Of a DNA stretch of 64,000 nt, positions 10,854 through 21,718 are shown piece after piece. How positions within the stretch are numbered: the stretch's first letter is position 1; each line of letters opens with the position of its first letter. Origin of the DNA: an uncultured Eubacteriales bacterium (GTDB taxonomy: Bacteria; Bacillota; Clostridia; Lachnospirales; JAISER01); the NCBI GenBank assembly GCA_964500895.1, contig CAZCQP010000003.1, positions 35,044 through 99,043 of the forward strand. The letters run 5' to 3'. Both the position numbers and the translations under genes were made by a program. The notes below the pieces were generated by a model, which made no database searches, was not told the origin of the DNA, and saw only the letters and a program-made list of their open reading frames with translations.

Positions 10854-12479
10854 TTGAAATTTTTTATATACAGCCGTAAGTCTGTCTATACCGGAAAGGG
10901 CGAAAGCATTGAAAACCAAATTGAAATGTGCAAACAGTACATTTTTACAAAGTTTCCAGGTGTAACGGATTTGGCGATGACCGTGTACGAAGATGAAGGT
11001 TTTTCAGCAAAGGATACGGCCAGGCCCCAGTTTCAAAAAATGTTAAAGGACATGAAGCAGGAAAAGCCAGACTTTGTGGTTTGCTACCGGCTGGACCGTA
11101 TCAGCCGTAATGTCAGCGACTTTTCTGCACTGATAGAAGAATTAAATGACCGCAGCATTTCCTTTGTATGCATTAAAGAAGAGTTTGATACTTCAAAACC
11201 AATGGGTAAGGCCATGATGTACATTGCTTCGGTTTTCGCCCAGTTAGAACGGGAAACCATTGCCGAACGGGTTCGTGATAATATGCTTATGCTTGCCCGC
11301 ACGGGGCGGTGGCTTGGGGGTACGACACCCACAGGGTATACGTCAGAAAAGGTGCAAGAGGTGATTGTAGACGGAAAAATGAAAACTGCTTGCAAGCTTA
11401 AAGAGAACCCAGAAGAGCTTCGGGCCGTTGACATGATGTTTGAAAAGTTTTTGGAACTGCGCAGCATATCCGGCGTAAGCAAACATCTGATGAAGCAGGG
11501 CATAAAGTCACGCAGAGGCAAACCTTACACCTTGCTCGGCATTAAAGAGATTTTGCAAAACCCGGTTTATTGCATGGCAGATAAAGATGCGTTGGACTAC
11601 TTTACCAAACAAAAGGCAGACGTTTGCTTCGAGGCAAAGGATTGTACGGATAAATATGGGCTGTTGTCGTACAACAAGCGTGATTACAAGAAAAAACACG
11701 CCCCAAGGCAACCTATAGATAAATGGATTATTGCCATGGGCAAACATAAGGGGCGAATACCAGGGCAAAAGTGGGTAACCGTGCAAAAGATACTGGCAGA
11801 CAACATGCCCACAGGCAAAAAATCTTCCAATATGCATAACGATTACGCTTTGCTTTCCGGGCTTATTTTCTGTGAAAAGTGTGGTAGCCGGATGTTTGCA
11901 AAGCCTCGCAGGAGTAAAGGCGCAAACCCTGATTTATTTGACTATATATGCAACAGTAAAATGCGTGGTGGCATGGCACTTTGCGATTGCCAAAACATTA
12001 GCGGGCAGCAAGCGGACGATATGGCCTGTGCATATCTGATGCAGTACACCAACGGGCATTCAAGCATTCATAAGCAACTGGAAAAGCTAAAAAGTGATTT
12101 GCAGAGCCGGGAACGTGAAAATCCCATGGCTGTACTCGAGGCAAGCATTAAAAAATGCAGCGAAGAAATGAACAATCTGGTAAATTCACTGACCCAAACA
12201 GGCCTTGGCACAGCATTCATACAGCGTGTTAATGACCGGATGACCACCCTGGACCAAGAGCTTACAGCGCTAAACAAAACCCGCAACCAGCTAGAGAAAG
12301 ATGCTGGTGGCATCTTTCAAAAGGAAATGCAGGTAGAACGGTTAGCCACTATGCTTATTAGCAAAAAAAGTTACTTTAATGCATTGACCATTCACGAAAA
12401 GCGTGTTTTAATTAAATTGATAGTAAAGAAAATGGTTTGGAATGGAAGGGACCTACATATTTTTATAAACGGTGCTTAG
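10854..12479 (+). CDS. Large serine recombinase (element 1, TTG start)
   Basis: Resolvase catalytic domain (IYSRKS, YRLDRISRN), recombinase domain, Cys-rich zinc-ribbon region (CEKCGS...C..C.C) and a C-terminal coiled coil. Ends 35 nt before the attR core. Confidence 0.9.
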   Translation: MKFFIYSRKSVYTGKGESIENQIEMCKQYIFTKFPGVTDLAMTVYEDEGFSAKDTARPQFQKMLKDMKQEKPDFVVCYRLDRISRNVSDFSALIEELNDRSISFVCIKEEFDTSKPMGKAMMYIASVFAQLERETIAERVRDNMLMLARTGRWLGGTTPTGYTSEKVQEVIVDGKMKTACKLKENPEELRAVDMMFEKFLELRSISGVSKHLMKQGIKSRRGKPYTLLGIKEILQNPVYCMADKDALDYFTKQKADVCFEAKDCTDKYGLLSYNKRDYKKKHAPRQPIDKWIIAMGKHKGRIPGQKWVTVQKILADNMPTGKKSSNMHNDYALLSGLIFCEKCGSRMFAKPRRSKGANPDLFDYICNSKMRGGMALCDCQNISGQQADDMACAYLMQYTNGHSSIHKQLEKLKSDLQSRERENPMAVLEASIKKCSEEMNNLVNSLTQTGLGTAFIQRVNDRMTTLDQELTALNKTRNQLEKDAGGIFQKEMQVERLATMLISKKSYFNALTIHEKRVLIKLIVKKMVWNGRDLHIFINGA

Positions 12480-12513
12480 AAAGATGCAAACTTCCCTTTT
12501 GGTTGGTGGCGCA

Positions 12514-13251
12514 TTTCCTACACTGCTTGCGCTCATTACCATTTTCTTTGCCATGGGGGCAACGGGGGTGTGGCAAAGCGTACTAAGCGCCATCATACTT
12601 ACAGGCATTATTGCACTGGGCGTAGCGGCCACTTTTTTAGCATCCAGATTTTTGTCTGGTACGGTGCTAAAAGGTACACCATCGTCCTTTACTCTGGAAC
12701 TTCCTCCTTACCGCAAGCCCCAAGTGGCCAAAGTGTTGGTGCGGTCGTTGTTTGATAGAACCCTCTTTGTGTTGGGCAGGGCGGTGAGCGTGGCGGCACC
12801 TGCGGGGTTAATCATTTGGCTTATGAGCAACATCGTTGTTGGAGATGTAAGCCTTTTGGCCCACTGTGCTGGCGTTTTAGACCCCTTTGCCAGGTTGTTG
12901 GGCATGGATGGTATTATTATGATGGCATTCATCCTTGGTTTTCCGGCCAATGAAATTGTGTTGCCCATCATTTTAATGGCATACTTGTCCCAAGGTACGT
13001 TAATGGAACCCACCAGCATGGAAAATTTGCGTACATTGCTGCTGGACAATGGCTGGACCGGAGTGACGGCAATTTGTGTGATGTTATTTTCGCTTATGCA
13101 TTGGCCCTGTTCCACCACTTGCCTAACCATTCGTAAAGAAACGGAAAGCATGAAATGGACGGCGGTAGCCTTCGTTTTGCCTACAGTTCTGGGCATGGCA
13201 GCCTGTTTTCTGGTGGCTACAGTGGCTCGGCTTCTAGGGCTGGGTCTATGA
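12514..13251 (+). pseudogene. feoB: FeoB, downstream portion of the split gene
   Basis: FPTLLALITIFF..LELPPYRKP..GFPANEIVLPI..HWPCSTT is the C-terminal FeoB membrane region. It is in phase with 1..393 across TTTCC. Confidence 0.85.
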
Positions 13252-13395
13252 TTTATGGAACTGTGTTTAAAAAAGAGCCTTTTATACAAGGTTTATACAA
13301 TAAACACTTGTGGTAAAGGCTCTTTTCGTTGTATGATATAAAAATACCATGCTGTAAAGTTAATAAGCACATCATTGAGAAAGGGCGGCGGCACT

Positions 13396-14496
13396 ATGGA
13401 TGCTTTTAATAAGGTTATGATTGTGGACGATACACCGGCAAACCTTAAACTATTAAAAGAAATGTTACAAAGAATTGGGTTTGACGTTTCTGTGTTTCGA
13501 AGTGCGATAGACGCCATTGAAGCCTTGGACTTAAACCCCCCAAGCATCATCTTGATGGACATCTCTATGCCGGACATGAATGGTTTTGAAGCATGTAAGA
13601 TTATAAAAGCTAATCCGGTACATAAGGATACCCCCATTATATTTATTAGCGCATTAAACGACGTTGAAGATAAAGTGAAAGCATTTGAATATGGCGGTGT
13701 GGACTATATTACAAAGCCTTTTGAATTTGAAGAAGTGAAAATGCGGGTGAGCACCCATTTACAAATTAGCAAGCTTCAAAAAGAAATACAAGCGTGGAAT
13801 AATTCGCTGGAAAGGCGGGTACAAAGTCAGCTGGATGAAATTGAACAGACCAATAAAAGGCTGATTCGGGCGCAAAATTCCACCATCATCGCCTTGGCAA
13901 AGTTATCTGAATGCCGGGACACGGATACAGGTTTGCATTTAGAACGGGTGGGGCATTATTGTGAAATTTTAGCTAAACATTTAATGCGTAAAAATATCTT
14001 TGCGGAAGTTGACGATGATTTTATTCATACGATTAAGTTGGTGGCCCCCCTCCACGATATTGGCAAAGTGGGTATCCCAGATAAAATATTGTTGAAACCG
14101 GGCAGGCTGGAACCCGATGAATTTGAAATTATGAAAACCCATGCCCAACTGGGGGCAAACACCTTTTTAGAGGTGAAGAAACAGATGTCTGAAACCGCCT
14201 ATTGCGAAATGGCTTATGATGTAATTTTATGCCATCATGAAAAATATGATGGTACCGGCTACCCTATAGGGTTGTCCGGAAACGACATTCCCCTAAGCGC
14301 AAGAATTATGGCGGTGGCGGATGTGTATGATGCCCTAAGGAGTAAACGGCCGTACAAAGAGCCGATTCCTAAAGAGCAGGCAGAGCAAATTATTATAGAC
14401 AGCTGTGAAAGCCATTTTGCACCAGAGCTGGTGGAAGCGTTTGTGGAAAATCATGATTCGTTAAATCAAGTAGCCGAAAGACTGATTGACATGTAG
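13396..14496 (+). CDS. Response regulator with HD-GYP domain (c-di-GMP phosphodiesterase type)
   Basis: REC domain ([15 protein letters not shown]) followed by HDIGKVGIP and [11 protein letters not shown]. Confidence 0.85.
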   Translation: MDAFNKVMIVDDTPANLKLLKEMLQRIGFDVSVFRSAIDAIEALDLNPPSIILMDISMPDMNGFEACKIIKANPVHKDTPIIFISALNDVEDKVKAFEYGGVDYITKPFEFEEVKMRVSTHLQISKLQKEIQAWNNSLERRVQSQLDEIEQTNKRLIRAQNSTIIALAKLSECRDTDTGLHLERVGHYCEILAKHLMRKNIFAEVDDDFIHTIKLVAPLHDIGKVGIPDKILLKPGRLEPDEFEIMKTHAQLGANTFLEVKKQMSETAYCEMAYDVILCHHEKYDGTGYPIGLSGNDIPLSARIMAVADVYDALRSKRPYKEPIPKEQAEQIIIDSCESHFAPELVEAFVENHDSLNQVAERLIDM

Positions 14497-14519
14497 ACTT
14501 GAAAGAGGTGGCTTGGGCT

Positions 14520-17500
14520 ATGCAATCCCTACGCAATAAATTTGTGCTTAATGTTGTTTTGGTTTTTCTTACGGTGTTGGTGGGCCTGTTTTTTGTGTTT
14601 GTTTGCATATTGAATGCCTTTTTTAATGCTACAAAGACGTCTTTAGATTCCTTTGAAAACAAAGTGATGACGGAACACCTTAATCTTATTTTGACGAATC
14701 AAAGAGGCATTGTAGACAATTTAGCCATTAACGCCTTATTAACCGATTTGCTCTCGGCGTCATCTACTTGGGAGGAATTTAACACAGGAAAAAATTATGC
14801 ATTGTTTGAAGAAAACTTCCAAAATGCCTATGAAAAAATAAAAACGACTGAATTTGATCTGTGGATGATCCACATTTCCGGCGAATACATGCTGGTGAAC
14901 AGTCCTAAGGCACAACCCATCCGGTTGTCTGCCGACGATATGGAACGCATCAAGGTTTTGGTGGAAAGAACAACTATGTCCGGGCTTATTGCCCATTTAG
15001 ACGATAACGGTAATATGATCTGCGATATGGTTGCACCGGTTATGAAAAATGGTAAGCTGCTGGGGTTTGTAGGTACCACCATGAATTTGAAGCGTTTACT
15101 GGAGGATGTGACAGCACATGAAGAGCTGGCGCAACCGCCCACTAATTATTCTGTTATATTTCGGTTGTATAATTATGATTTAAAGAGATTCAATTACAGG
15201 GAATTTTGCTTGCAAGATACCCCGCTGCACTTTGAAGATTTACCGCTAGATTACATACAGGCACTGGAAGAATCCAAGGTGGACAGGCATAGCCACCAAA
15301 AAGGCCAGGCTTATTTGGGGGATTTGGATTTTGATGGGTGGTATCTGGCGTCTTTTCAACCTAATGGAGCCCTCCTAAGCTTGTTTTCAGAAAATTATAT
15401 TGCAGGTGGGCTGGTTTCTTATGGCCTCATTATGCTAGTGGTACTGGCAGTTGTAGGGCTTATTTCCTACCGCACCACCCAACCCATTTATGAACTGGGT
15501 TTATTGGTGAAAAATATTCAGCAAGGGTTGCCGTCTAAGCGGTTATCCGGCAACAATGAAGTGACTCAGGCTGCAAACAGCTTGATTGAAATGGTGGAAT
15601 ACAACAATAGGCTACTGCATGAAATTAAAAACATGGTATACAGCATTGGCAACGGCAATTTAATGAAGCGTTTGGACACAGACCGTTTGGACGCCCCAAA
15701 CAATGAAATTAAAGCTTCCCTTAATGCCATGATGGACAGCATTGTGGGCGTGTTTGATATATTGCCCATGGGCATATCCATTGTGGACAGTAGCTTTAAT
15801 ATTCTTTACGCCAACAAAAGCATCCTAGACATTTTAGGCTTGACACCTCAACAGGTGGAGCAGGGCCTCACGCTGTATGACTTGGATATTAAAAACAAGC
15901 AAAAGATTATGAACGAAATTAACCGCTGCAAAAAAGGGCGGGCTAACGGTACGGCCAATATATACACCATGGGTATGCATTTGAAATTTAATACCGTTCA
16001 CTTCGATTTCTCCGAACGTGCTGATGATACCCAAGTGTTTTTACAGGTTTTTGTTAACCAATCGGAAGTGATGGCCAAAATCAACGAACAGGAGCAGATT
16101 TTTGCCTATTTCGAGCATATGTCCTTTGTGACGCTGGAAGCGTTATCCCGGTTGTCCATGGGTGATTTTCAACATGCGGTTATTGAAGTGGGTCGGCGGC
16201 CTTCTGCACCATACCTGCAGTCTATGTTCGACCAGCAGGAAGCCATGGAAAAAGCTTTTAGAAGCACGGTTCATAACATTGAAACCATCATCACCCATTT
16301 AAGCGACACCACCCAGGATTTTGCCACAGGCAACCTGCATTCTGTGGTGGAATGCCGGGAAGCCACCGGGCAATATGCAGAGCTGGTTAAAACGGTTAAC
16401 CACTCCTTTGATGTTATCTTAAACTATTTTCAGGTTATTCCTATCCCCATTCGTATTGTGGGGGCAGACCATAAAATTAAGTTTTACAACAGAGCCAGCG
16501 TACAGGAAGGTTTTGGTTACAGCCAAAACAACTGCTTTAAGTTTTTAGGCAAAGATAAATCTTGCGATATTTGCCCCTTTGCAACCCAAAAAAGGCAAGT
16601 GGTCATCCAGGATATTATGGTCGATGGGGACGACGGAAACCCCATGTATTTTAAAGTGTTCCGTAACCCCCTGTATGATGAAACAGGTTCCATTTACGGC
16701 ATGTTGGAAATTTGTATTAACGAGACAGAGCTGGTGCGCTTAAGCAAAGCGGCAGAGAGCGCTAACAAAGCCAAAAGCTTGTTCATTGCCAACATGAGCC
16801 ATGAAATCCGCACCCCTATGAACGCCATTTTGGGCTATGCCCAGTTGTTACAGTTGAGTGAGCATATTAACAGTGCGGATATGTACTATGTGAACATCAT
16901 TAAACGCAACGGCAATCATCTGCTGGCTTTAATCAATGACATTCTGGTGCTGTCCAAAATTGAAGCAGGCAAAATTAATTTAAACGAAGGGCCTATTAGC
17001 TTGCGTCATTTGTTTGAGGATGTGGTCAATACCTTCACGCCACAAATGGATGCAAAAGGGTTGTTTTTTGAAATGACCATTTCAGATGACATTCCAGACC
17101 AAGTTACGGGGGACGGGGGCAAAGTACGCCAGATACTGTTTAACGTTATGAGCAATGCGGTGAAGTTTACAGACAAGGGGGGAATTGCGCTTCATGCTTC
17201 CCAAACGCCAGCCAGTAACGACCGCATTAAGGTTCAGATAGACGTGCGGGATACAGGCAAAGGCATTAAAAACGAGGAAATGCAACAGGTGTTTAATGCA
17301 TTTGAACAGACAGAGGCCGGCATTCAATCTGGCGGCGGCACAGGGCTTGGCATGTCCATTAGCCGTACCTTTGCCCGTATGATGGGCGGGGAGTTGTCTG
17401 TCATCAACTCCATGGAAGGCCATGGCACCACCTTTAGAATGGAGTTTACATTTAAAAATTGTCATTCCGCCGTTTTGCCAGAAATCCATGACGATAAGGA

Positions 17501-18131
17501 TTATGGAAAAATAAAAAAGATTAATAAAGAATTTACAATTTTGGTAGCAGATGATAAAATAGACAATAGGGAGATTCTTAAGAAACTCTTAACCAGGGTG
17601 GGCTTTCACGTGATTGAGGCGGAAAATGGACTTGAGGCTGTGGACATGTGGCAGAAAGAGCGCCCAGATTTGATCACTATGGATTTGCGAATGCCAAAGG
17701 TAAATGGCATTGAAGCAATTTTGCGTATACGGAAGGGGGAACAAGGGGCTTCTACGCCGATTATTGCTGTAACGGCTAATGCTTTTGACGAACATAAGCA
17801 GGAGGCGTTGGCTGCTGGTGCAAATGATTTTATATCAAAGCCTGTGGATATGGACCAGTTAATGCGTGCTATTAATGGCTTGCTGGATGTAACCTATGAA
17901 TTTGAAGAAGAAACAGACGAAGTGCCAGCCGAAACCAACATACCACAAAGCCCCATTGACCCAGAGACAAAGCAAGCACTGAAAGACGCCGTGTATAAAG
18001 GCGACTTTGACACGGTAATAACCTTGGCAGAATCCCTTCAAAATCAGAACCCCTTGTTGGCCGCCAAATTGTGTGAACTGGCGGACAATTTTGACAACAG
18101 GTCTATTCTAAGCTTGTTGGATCAAGGTTAA
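14520..18131 (+). CDS. Hybrid sensor histidine kinase (extracytoplasmic sensor, HAMP, PAS, HisKA-HATPase, REC, HPt-like tail)
   Basis: H-box [17 protein letters not shown]-boxes DTGKGI and GGTGLGMSI, receiver ILVADD...DLRMP. An in-frame TTG at 14499 is an alternative start. Confidence 0.85.
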   Translation: MQSLRNKFVLNVVLVFLTVLVGLFFVFVCILNAFFNATKTSLDSFENKVMTEHLNLILTNQRGIVDNLAINALLTDLLSASSTWEEFNTGKNYALFEENFQNAYEKIKTTEFDLWMIHISGEYMLVNSPKAQPIRLSADDMERIKVLVERTTMSGLIAHLDDNGNMICDMVAPVMKNGKLLGFVGTTMNLKRLLEDVTAHEELAQPPTNYSVIFRLYNYDLKRFNYREFCLQDTPLHFEDLPLDYIQALEESKVDRHSHQKGQAYLGDLDFDGWYLASFQPNGALLSLFSENYIAGGLVSYGLIMLVVLAVVGLISYRTTQPIYELGLLVKNIQQGLPSKRLSGNNEVTQAANSLIEMVEYNNRLLHEIKNMVYSIGNGNLMKRLDTDRLDAPNNEIKASLNAMMDSIVGVFDILPMGISIVDSSFNILYANKSILDILGLTPQQVEQGLTLYDLDIKNKQKIMNEINRCKKGRANGTANIYTMGMHLKFNTVHFDFSERADDTQVFLQVFVNQSEVMAKINEQEQIFAYFEHMSFVTLEALSRLSMGDFQHAVIEVGRRPSAPYLQSMFDQQEAMEKAFRSTVHNIETIITHLSDTTQDFATGNLHSVVECREATGQYAELVKTVNHSFDVILNYFQVIPIPIRIVGADHKIKFYNRASVQEGFGYSQNNCFKFLGKDKSCDICPFATQKRQVVIQDIMVDGDDGNPMYFKVFRNPLYDETGSIYGMLEICINETELVRLSKAAESANKAKSLFIANMSHEIRTPMNAILGYAQLLQLSEHINSADMYYVNIIKRNGNHLLALINDILVLSKIEAGKINLNEGPISLRHLFEDVVNTFTPQMDAKGLFFEMTISDDIPDQVTGDGGKVRQILFNVMSNAVKFTDKGGIALHASQTPASNDRIKVQIDVRDTGKGIKNEEMQQVFNAFEQTEAGIQSGGGTGLGMSISRTFARMMGGELSVINSMEGHGTTFRMEFTFKNCHSAVLPEIHDDKDYGKIKKINKEFTILVADDKIDNREILKKLLTRVGFHVIEAENGLEAVDMWQKERPDLITMDLRMPKVNGIEAILRIRKGEQGASTPIIAVTANAFDEHKQEALAAGANDFISKPVDMDQLMRAINGLLDVTYEFEEETDEVPAETNIPQSPIDPETKQALKDAVYKGDFDTVITLAESLQNQNPLLAAKLCELADNFDNRSILSLLDQG

Positions 18132-18172
18132 TATGCGACAGGATGAGGATGAAAGCGAGGAGAAGTTTACAC

Positions 18173-18688
18173 ATGGACATTTCAGGAACGCGTTCGGAAG
18201 AAAATGTGAGATTGGCTTTTGCCGGTGAGTCTCAAGCCCGAAACAAATACACCTATTTTGCATTGCAAGCCAGGAATGAAGGCTTGACTAAAGTGGCGGA
18301 TCTTTTTGAAGAAATGGCCCGCAACGAAATGGAACATGCAAAAATTTGGTTTAAGCTTTTAAACAATGGCTTGGGTGAAAGTATGGAAAATCTGATGGCT
18401 GCTGCCGAAAGCGAACGGGAGGAATGGGAAAGCTTGTATCCTAGCTTTGCCCAAACCGCCAGAGATGAAGGGTTTGAGCTTTTAGCCATTATGTTTGATA
18501 ATATAGCGGCCATTGAAAAAAGCCATGAAAACCGTTTTCTTGAAATGCTGGCAGAGATTCAGGGTGAAAAAAACAAAAGCTCTGCCGTGGTGGAAATATC
18601 CCCGCCTGTCTATATTTGCAGCCGTTGTGGGTACAAACAAGAAACTGCCATGCACAAGTGCCCGGTTTGCGGCGAGCAGCTTACATAA
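18173..18688 (+). CDS. rbr: Rubrerythrin
   Basis: Ferritin-like ExxH motifs (ARNEMEHAKIW, EKSHENRF) plus a C-terminal rubredoxin-like CSRCG...CPVCG. Confidence 0.85.
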   Translation: MDISGTRSEENVRLAFAGESQARNKYTYFALQARNEGLTKVADLFEEMARNEMEHAKIWFKLLNNGLGESMENLMAAAESEREEWESLYPSFAQTARDEGFELLAIMFDNIAAIEKSHENRFLEMLAEIQGEKNKSSAVVEISPPVYICSRCGYKQETAMHKCPVCGEQLT

Positions 18689-18742
18689 AAGGGCAGCTGC
18701 CACCAGGGTGTGTTTGTTAATGAATGTTCAAACACTGCCTAG

Positions 18743-20938
18743 ATGGCGCTTGGTTATATTGATTGTAAAAAGGTTGTTAGGAAGGAACATGTTTCGTTGG
18801 ACATTTTAAAGCAATTGGAAGATGAATTTCAATTAAAGCCGTTTCAGGTGCAAAATACGGTAAATCTTTTAGACGAAGGGAACACCATTCCCTTTATCGC
18901 CCGTTACCGCAAGGAATTAACGGGTTCCATTGACGACCAGCTTTTAAGGGAACTTTACGACAGGCTGTGTTATTTGCGTAACTTGGAAGAACGGCGGGAA
19001 CAGGTGCGCAAATCTATTGCAGAGCAGGACAAGCTCACTGATGAGCTGTCTGCGAAGCTGGACGTTGCCACCACTTTGGTGGAATTAGAAGACATTTACC
19101 GGCCCTTTAAGCCCAAACGGCGCACCCGGGCGTCCATTGCCAAGGAACGAGGGCTGCAAGGCTTGGCGGATGTGCTATGGGCACAAGAAACCAAAACGCC
19201 CTTGGAAACCTTGGCAGAAGCTTACATCAACCCGGAAAAAGAGGTCCATTCTATCCAGGATGCTTTATCAGGTGCCAAAGACATTGTGGCGGAAATGATT
19301 TCAGATTCCGCCGATATTCGGAGCATGATTCGTAAAGAAACGGTTAGGAAAGGTTTTGTGGTGTCCAAGGCCACAGATGCCGAAAAACAAACGGTGTACG
19401 ACATGTATGCAGATTTTTCAGAGCCGGTGAGCCGCATTGCAGGGCACCGTATACTGGCTTTAAACCGGGGCGAAAAGGAAAAGCTGTTAACGGTTAAAAT
19501 TGAAGCCCCGGTGGAAGACATTTACAACAGGCTGGAAAAAGCGCTGCTGAAGAAAAACGACCATACCGCTCTGGCCATGCAGGAAACCATAGACGACAGC
19601 TACAAACGGCTGATTGCACCGTCTATTGAACGAGAAATACGCAATGATTTAACAGAAAAGGCAGAAGAAGGGGCCATTAAAGTCTTTGCCCAAAACTTAA
19701 AGCCTTTATTGTTGGAAGCGCCTTTAAAAGAACGGGTGGTTATGGCGCTGGACCCGGGGTTCCGCACAGGCTGCAAAATGGCTGTGATAGACGGCACAGG
19801 CAAGGTGTTAAGCACCGGCGTCATTTACCCCACCGCCCCCCAAAACAAAACCGAAGAAGCCAAAGCAAAGCTGTTGCCCCTCATTGAAAAATACGGGGTT
19901 TCTATTATTGCCATTGGCAACGGTACCGCCTCCAGAGAGACAGAAAGTTTTGTGGCGGACATGCTGAAAGGCATTCAAAGGGATGTAAAGTACGTGATTG
20001 TAAATGAAGCAGGGGCATCGGTTTACTCTGCTTCTAAGCTGGGGGCAGAGGAATTTCCAGACTTTGACGTGGCCCTGCGCAGTGCTGTTTCTATTGGCCG
20101 CCGGTTGCAAGACCCCCTGGCTGAACTGGTTAAAATAGACCCTAAAAGCATTGGGGTGGGGCAGTATCAGCATGACATGAACCAAAAACGTTTGGGCGAT
20201 ACATTGGGCGGTGTAGTGGAAGACTGTGTAAACAGCGTTGGGGTGGATTTAAACACCGCATCGCCGGCTTTGCTGTCTTATGTGTCTGGCATTTCTGCAA
20301 CATTAGCCAAAAATATTATAACGTTTAGGGAAGCAAATGGTAAGTTTAAAAGCCGCAGCCAACTTAAAAAAGTGGCCAAGCTGGGGCCTAAAGCTTTTGA
20401 ACAGTGTGCAGGATTTTTGCGTATTCCCGAAGGGGAGCATGTGCTGGATAATACGGGTGTACACCCGGAGTCTTACAAAGCGGCTCAACAGTTGTTACAG
20501 TCCTTGAACTATACGTTGGAGGATGTGCAGGGAAGAACACTTAAAAACATACAGAACAGCATTCGGGATATGAAAAAACTGGCGGAAGAATTGTCTATAG
20601 GGGTTCCCACCTTGCTGGACATTATTAAAGAGCTGGAAAAGCCGGGCAGAGACCCTCGGGATGCCGCACCCCCGGTTTTACGCAGCGATGTGCTGTCTAT
20701 GGAAGACTTAACCGAAGGCATGGTGCTGAAAGGTACAGTGCGCAACGTGATTGACTTTGGGGCGTTTGTGGACATTGGCGTTCATCAGGATGGGCTGGTG
20801 CACATTTCCCAAATTTCCGATAAATTCATTAAACATCCTTTAGATGCCGTAAGCATTGGCGATATTGTAACGGTTAAAGTTTTAAGTGTAGATTTAGGCA
20901 AAAAGCGCATTTCCCTCACCATGAAAGGCGTGGAGTAG
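18743..20938 (+). CDS. tex: Tex-like S1 RNA-binding transcription accessory protein (start uncertain; TTG at 18797 is possible)
   Basis: LLDEGNTIPFIARYRKE, YqgF-like GNGTASRETE, HhH region and a C-terminal S1 domain (GTVRNVIDFGAFVDIG). Confidence 0.9.
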   Translation: MALGYIDCKKVVRKEHVSLDILKQLEDEFQLKPFQVQNTVNLLDEGNTIPFIARYRKELTGSIDDQLLRELYDRLCYLRNLEERREQVRKSIAEQDKLTDELSAKLDVATTLVELEDIYRPFKPKRRTRASIAKERGLQGLADVLWAQETKTPLETLAEAYINPEKEVHSIQDALSGAKDIVAEMISDSADIRSMIRKETVRKGFVVSKATDAEKQTVYDMYADFSEPVSRIAGHRILALNRGEKEKLLTVKIEAPVEDIYNRLEKALLKKNDHTALAMQETIDDSYKRLIAPSIEREIRNDLTEKAEEGAIKVFAQNLKPLLLEAPLKERVVMALDPGFRTGCKMAVIDGTGKVLSTGVIYPTAPQNKTEEAKAKLLPLIEKYGVSIIAIGNGTASRETESFVADMLKGIQRDVKYVIVNEAGASVYSASKLGAEEFPDFDVALRSAVSIGRRLQDPLAELVKIDPKSIGVGQYQHDMNQKRLGDTLGGVVEDCVNSVGVDLNTASPALLSYVSGISATLAKNIITFREANGKFKSRSQLKKVAKLGPKAFEQCAGFLRIPEGEHVLDNTGVHPESYKAAQQLLQSLNYTLEDVQGRTLKNIQNSIRDMKKLAEELSIGVPTLLDIIKELEKPGRDPRDAAPPVLRSDVLSMEDLTEGMVLKGTVRNVIDFGAFVDIGVHQDGLVHISQISDKFIKHPLDAVSIGDIVTVKVLSVDLGKKRISLTMKGVE

Positions 20939-20968
20939 CTACAGAACACCGAATGCAATTTTTGACAA

Positions 20969-21002
20969 GTATAGCCGCCAAGTTTTTACATGGCGGCTAT
21001 AC
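20969..21002. terminator. Bidirectional hairpin terminator between convergent genes
   Basis: GTATAGCCGCCA / TGGCGGCTATAC 12-bp stem. Confidence 0.6.
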
Positions 21003-21007
21003 TTCGG

Positions 21008-21370
21008 TTATGTTGATTTTGTAAGGCCATAGCTCAAATCAATCAATTCAAAAACCCTTTCTTTTGGGCAAGAACCGTCGAGTAAAACTGTAATCCAATG
21101 TTCTTTGTTCATATGATAGGCCGGTAAGATACCAGCTTTGTTCCTAAGCGAGCCAATTAAAAGAGGGTCGCATTTTAGGAGAAGCGCATCAATCAGTTTG
21201 TTGCCAGGGAGGTTTAATTTATCCTCTGTAATATTCACGATTGCACCAAACCATTTTCGATTAGATTTATGCCGTAAAATTGCAGATTGGGGCGTTTTTG
21301 CCCACGGATAGTCAGGTTCAATATTGTACTTATCTTTCGCATAGATAAAGATTGCATCACGGTTTATCAT
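21008..21370 (-). CDS. MmcQ/YjbR family DNA-binding protein
   Basis: EPDYPW, HKSNRKWF, GILPAYHMNKEHWITV are family-typical. Confidence 0.75.
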   Translation of the reverse strand: MINRDAIFIYAKDKYNIEPDYPWAKTPQSAILRHKSNRKWFGAIVNITEDKLNLPGNKLIDALLLKCDPLLIGSLRNKAGILPAYHMNKEHWITVLLDGSCPKERVFELIDLSYGLTKST

Positions 21371-21433
21371 TTTACCCACTTCCTTTGTACAAGAATACAA
21401 CAAAGATCACCTAAATACAAATGCTATTTTTCC

Positions 21434-21603
21434 TTAGAGCCTGTTTTAATATCTTCATTGCAACGCCTTTTCGGCTGCTTTTCCGCCCTTCTTTGTCAGC
21501 CGCGCTAGTCATAATTGCTTATTATGCCGTCGCGCGGCCTCCTCGAATGGCGAAAAAGCATCTCGATAATCCGCTACAAGCAAGATATTAAACAGCCTCT
21601 TAA
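21434..21603 (-). repeat. MITE-like repeat, copy A (inverted relative to copy at 41402..41567)
   Basis: Termini TTAGAGCCTGTTTTAATATCTT / AAGATATTAAACAGCCTCTTAA are inverted repeats. The interior aligns by eye with 41440..41545 (TTTTTCGCCATT.GAGG...GGCATAATA...ACAAAGAAGGGCGGA). Confidence 0.6.
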
Positions 21604-21718
21604 ACTTATCATAAACAGAAAAATTTTATAAAGTGGCTGATGTGACCGGTCTGCCAAGCATAAATAACCTTCCGGCTTAATATATTTTTAGAATAGAAAG
21701 CCTAAGGAGGTTATTTGT

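Larger units (their letters stand above)
394..12518 (+). mobile_element. ~12.1 kb large-serine-recombinase integrative element inserted in feoB (sugar-utilisation cargo)
   Basis: Bounded by the two feoB halves. The LSR gene is at the right edge and a small ORF at the left edge. Joining the ends gives TTGGTTGGTGGCG-CATTTC-CGCCACCACACAA, 13-nt inverted arms (11/13) around a 6-nt spacer. Confidence 0.8.
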
